Source of the DNA: Mycolicibacterium smegmatis
GTDB taxonomy: Bacteria > Actinomycetota > Actinomycetes > Mycobacteriales > Mycobacteriaceae
DNA length: 32,000 nt
Assembly (NCBI RefSeq): GCF_001457595.1
Contig: NZ_LN831039.1
Span: forward strand, 5,940,001 to 5,972,000
Reading direction: 5' to 3'
Shown here in pieces: positions 28,408-32,000 of this stretch (positions within the stretch are counted from its first letter, which is position 1; each line of letters opens with the position of its first letter). The translations under genes were made by a program, and so were the position numbers. Under the pieces are notes generated by a model. The model was not told where the DNA came from and did not search any database. It worked only from the letters and a program-made list of their open reading frames with translations.

Positions 28408-29172
28408 TCATCGCGTGAGCACCCTGACGCCGACTGCGGTCATGATCACATTGATCACGAACAGACAGATGAACGCGTAGACCACGGTCTCGTTGACAGC
28501 GTTCCCGACGCCCTTCGGGCCACCTTTGACCGTCAGGCCGCGGTAGCAGCCCACCAGACCTGCGACGACGCCGAACAGCAGGGCCTTGATCTCGGCCAGC
28601 ACCAGCTCGCCGAGACCCGTGAGCACGGTCAGCCCGTTGATGAAGGCACCGGGGTTGACGCCCTGCAGGAACACCGAGAACACGTAGCCGCCGGCCAGGC
28701 CGATCGCGCACACCAGACCGTTGAGCAGCAGCGCCACGAAGGTCGACGCCAGCACGCGCGGCACCACCAGACGCTGGATGGGATCGATGCCCAGCACCCG
28801 CATGGCGTCGATCTCCTCACGGATCGTGCGCGCTCCCAGGTCGGCGCAGATCGCCGTCGCGCCGGCACCGGCGACCACCAGCACGGTCACCACGGGACCG
28901 AGCTGGGTGATGGTGCCGAAGGCCGTGCCCGCGCCGGACAGATCGGCCGCGCCGATCTCACGCAGCAGGATGTTCAGCGTGAACGCGACCAGGACGGTGA
29001 ACGGAATGGCCACCAGCAGCGTTGGAACCAACGACACGCGGGCGATCATCCAGGTCTGGTCGAGGAACTCCTTGAGCTGAAACGGCCTCCGGAAGATCTT
29101 GGCGAAGGTGTCCAGGGACATCTCGACGAAACCGCCCACGGCCCGGGCTGGAACCGCAAGCTGTTCGATCAA
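28408..29172 (-). CDS. yrbE4A: MlaE/YrbE family permease YrbE4A
   Basis: MIEQLAVPARAVGGFVEM...GATAICADLGARTIREEIDAMRVLGIDPIQRLVVPRVLA; apparent TTG start, with an in-frame stop just upstream. Confidence 0.94.
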   Translation of the reverse strand: MIEQLAVPARAVGGFVEMSLDTFAKIFRRPFQLKEFLDQTWMIARVSLVPTLLVAIPFTVLVAFTLNILLREIGAADLSGAGTAFGTITQLGPVVTVLVVAGAGATAICADLGARTIREEIDAMRVLGIDPIQRLVVPRVLASTFVALLLNGLVCAIGLAGGYVFSVFLQGVNPGAFINGLTVLTGLGELVLAEIKALLFGVVAGLVGCYRGLTVKGGPKGVGNAVNETVVYAFICLFVINVIMTAVGVRVLTR

Positions 29173-29205
29173 CCTCAGCTCCGTTCATTTGGGGCGGGGT
29201 GGGCA

Positions 29206-29229
29206 TTCGCCGGAATTCACTCCGGCGAA
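29206..29229 (-). promoter_or_regulatory. Perfect 9-bp inverted repeat in the mce4 leader
   Basis: TTCGCCGGA-ATTCAC-TCCGGCGAA, 33 bp upstream of the yrbE4A start. Confidence 0.5.
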
Positions 29230-29306
29230 AATTCTGGGCCACCGGATCGGCGGCCTTCCCACCCTGGGGTCTGACATGGCGCTCACGTGAGCCGGATCAT
29301 ATTAAC

Positions 29307-29320
29307 TAGAACAAGTTCGC
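29307..29320 (-). promoter_or_regulatory. Candidate KstR operator (one mismatch)
   Basis: TAGAACAAGTTCGC compared with KstR consensus TnnAACnnGTTnnA (last base C). Confidence 0.65.
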
Positions 29321-29395
29321 AGTGTCAAAGAACAGCGAACTATGGGAAAACTCCAGCGTCTTCCCAGTTCGGAGCACATAGAGCAGATCGAAATC

Positions 29396-29409
29396 TGAAA
29401 CGTGTTCTA
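29396..29409 (-). promoter_or_regulatory. Candidate KstR operator (full consensus match)
   Basis: TGAAACGTGTTCTA = T-GA-AAC-GT-GTT-CT-A. Confidence 0.7.
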
Positions 29410-29440
29410 ACGGCCCTCGAACGACTGACAATTGAGACTG

Positions 29441-30391
29441 TCAGTCTCGCGACTCCATCAGTGCAGTCGCCGAGAACCCACGCTCCGGATCCCGATCAGC
29501 AAAGTAGTCCCGCAGCGTCACGCTGAGGTCTGCCGGTTCCCACGCGTCCTCGTCGGCGACGAACTGCTTCTCCGCGGTGGGTGCGGCGACCAAGGTGACA
29601 GATGGACCATAAACGATGAACAGCTGACCGTTCACACCTTCCGAGGCCGGTGCCGCCAGGAACTGCACGAGCGTCACGACGTGATCGGTCGACAGCGGGT
29701 CCACCTGCCCCTCCGCCAGTTCGGGCGCGTCACCGAACACGCCCGCGGTCATCGCGGTGCGGGCGCGCGGCGCGATGGCGTTGGCCCGGACCCCGAACCG
29801 CTCCAGCGCCCTGGCCGCCGACAGCGTGAGCGCGGTGATGCCGGCCTTGGCGGCGCCGTAGTTGGGCTGGCCGACCGGACCCGACAGACCGGCCTCCGAC
29901 GACGTGTTGATGATGCGGCCGTAGACCGTGCCGTCCCCCGCCTTGGCCTTGCTGCGCCAGTACGTGGCGGCGTTGCGGGTCAGCAGGAAGTGCCCGCGCA
30001 GGTGGACCGCGATGACCGCGTCCCACTCCTCGTCGGTCATGTTGAACAGGATGCGGTCGCGTGTGATGCCCGCGTTGTTGACGACGATGCCGAGCCCGCC
30101 GAGGCCGTCCGCGGTCTCGACGAGCTCGTCGGCCGTGGACCGCGCGCTGATGTCACCCGCGACGGCGACACCCTTGGATCCGGCCGCGGCGATCTCGTCG
30201 AGCACGTCGGAGCGGTCCAGCGCGCCCGCGATGTCGTTGACCACGACGGTGGCGCCGGCCCTGGCCAGTCCGATCGCCTCGGCCCGGCCGAGGCCCGCGG
30301 CGGCGCCGGTGACGACGGCGACCTTTCCGGACAGGTCGAGATCGGCCCCTCGATCGGGCCCGGTGTCGGAGGGGTGGCTGTCGTTGGTCAT
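29441..30391 (-). CDS. SDR family oxidoreductase (Rv3502c/hsd4B-like, proposed steroid metabolism)
   Basis: KVAVVTGAAAGLGRAEAIGLARAGATVVVNDIA, NNAGITRD, NTSSEAGLSGPVGQPNYGAAKAGI; adjacent to fdxD and mce4. Confidence 0.9.
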   Translation of the reverse strand: MTNDSHPSDTGPDRGADLDLSGKVAVVTGAAAGLGRAEAIGLARAGATVVVNDIAGALDRSDVLDEIAAAGSKGVAVAGDISARSTADELVETADGLGGLGIVVNNAGITRDRILFNMTDEEWDAVIAVHLRGHFLLTRNAATYWRSKAKAGDGTVYGRIINTSSEAGLSGPVGQPNYGAAKAGITALTLSAARALERFGVRANAIAPRARTAMTAGVFGDAPELAEGQVDPLSTDHVVTLVQFLAAPASEGVNGQLFIVYGPSVTLVAAPTAEKQFVADEDAWEPADLSVTLRDYFADRDPERGFSATALMESRD

Positions 30392-30433
30392 GCGGCTCCT
30401 CGCGTGCGCGGCTGGGTCAATTTATGAATACCT

Positions 30434-30625
30434 CTAGTCTTTGCGGATCAGCGCGGCCCGGGGGCACTCGTTGACCGCCTGCTCGGCCAGATCCTCCTGA
30501 TCGGCGGGCACCGGATCGGATTTCACCACGGCGTAGTCCTCGTCGTCGAGTTCGAACAGATCCGGGGCAATTCCCACGCACACTGCGTTTCCCTCGCAGC
30601 GATCGCGGTCAACTTCAACTCGCAT
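30434..30625 (-). CDS. fdxD: Small ferredoxin, 3Fe-4S-type atypical (FdxD-like)
   Basis: MRVEVDRDRCEGNAVCVGIAPDLFELDDEDYAVVKSDPVP...AVNECPRAALIRKD, 63 aa; synteny with Rv3503c. Confidence 0.88.
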   Translation of the reverse strand: MRVEVDRDRCEGNAVCVGIAPDLFELDDEDYAVVKSDPVPADQEDLAEQAVNECPRAALIRKD

Positions 30626-30731
30626 GACGACCTCCTCACGGCGTGTGCGCGCACCGGTCTGGCGGCGCGCAGGCACAGAATACGACCCGATCCGGCCGAT
30701 GGTGGCCAGACACCGGTCTGGACCCCAAGAC

Positions 30732-30745
30732 TAGAACGTGTTACA
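30732..30745. promoter_or_regulatory. Candidate KstR operator between fdxD and fadE26 (full consensus match)
   Basis: TAGAACGTGTTACA = T-AG-AAC-GT-GTT-AC-A, in the divergent intergenic region. Confidence 0.8.
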
Positions 30746-30789
30746 ACCGGGTGAGAAGTCAGGTCGCTTGAGCAGTGAGGATGCAGCGG

Positions 30790-31968
<1,179 letters not shown>

Positions 31969-31987
31969 GGGAAGACGGAGACTTCAC

Positions 31988-32000
31988 ATGGACTTCACCA
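31988..32000 (+). CDS. Start of the next ORF, truncated by the window end (fadE27 expected from synteny)
   Basis: ATGGACTTCACCA preceded by GGGAAGACGGAGA. Identity inferred only from the known fadE26-fadE27 gene order. Confidence 0.5.

Overview
The window is ordinary high-GC mycobacterial chromosome that looks like Mycolicibacterium smegmatis or a close relative. That attribution is from remembered protein similarity and synteny, not a search. From left to right it holds: a 5'-truncated SDR; a HIT protein converging on phoR-phoP; a divergent gene encoding a decapeptide-repeat protein (Rv0756c-like); tRNA-Thr(TGT); a small HNH protein and an unlisted 51-aa ORF; three exported hydrolases (GH5-like, cutinase, VanX-like dipeptidase); a molybdenum hydroxylase cluster (coxL/coxG/coxM/coxS-like) followed by a 3-hydroxyisobutyrate dehydrogenase-like gene; an SDR-enoyl-CoA hydratase pair; three tandem paralogous small secreted four-cysteine proteins; a 54-aa ORF plus otsA; the complete mce4 cholesterol-import operon (yrbE4A/B, mce4A-F, two Mce-associated genes); and the KstR-regulated SDR-fdxD / fadE26-fadE27 region. 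I found no mobile element, CRISPR array, phage or defence island. I cannot claim a wholly new system. The best second-look items are the 13 x 10-aa repeat protein, the tandem small secreted family, the Mo-hydroxylase with an atypical AYRGPW active-site loop, the three 11-bp repeats upstream of phoP, and the KstR-type boxes and hairpin in the mce4 leader.
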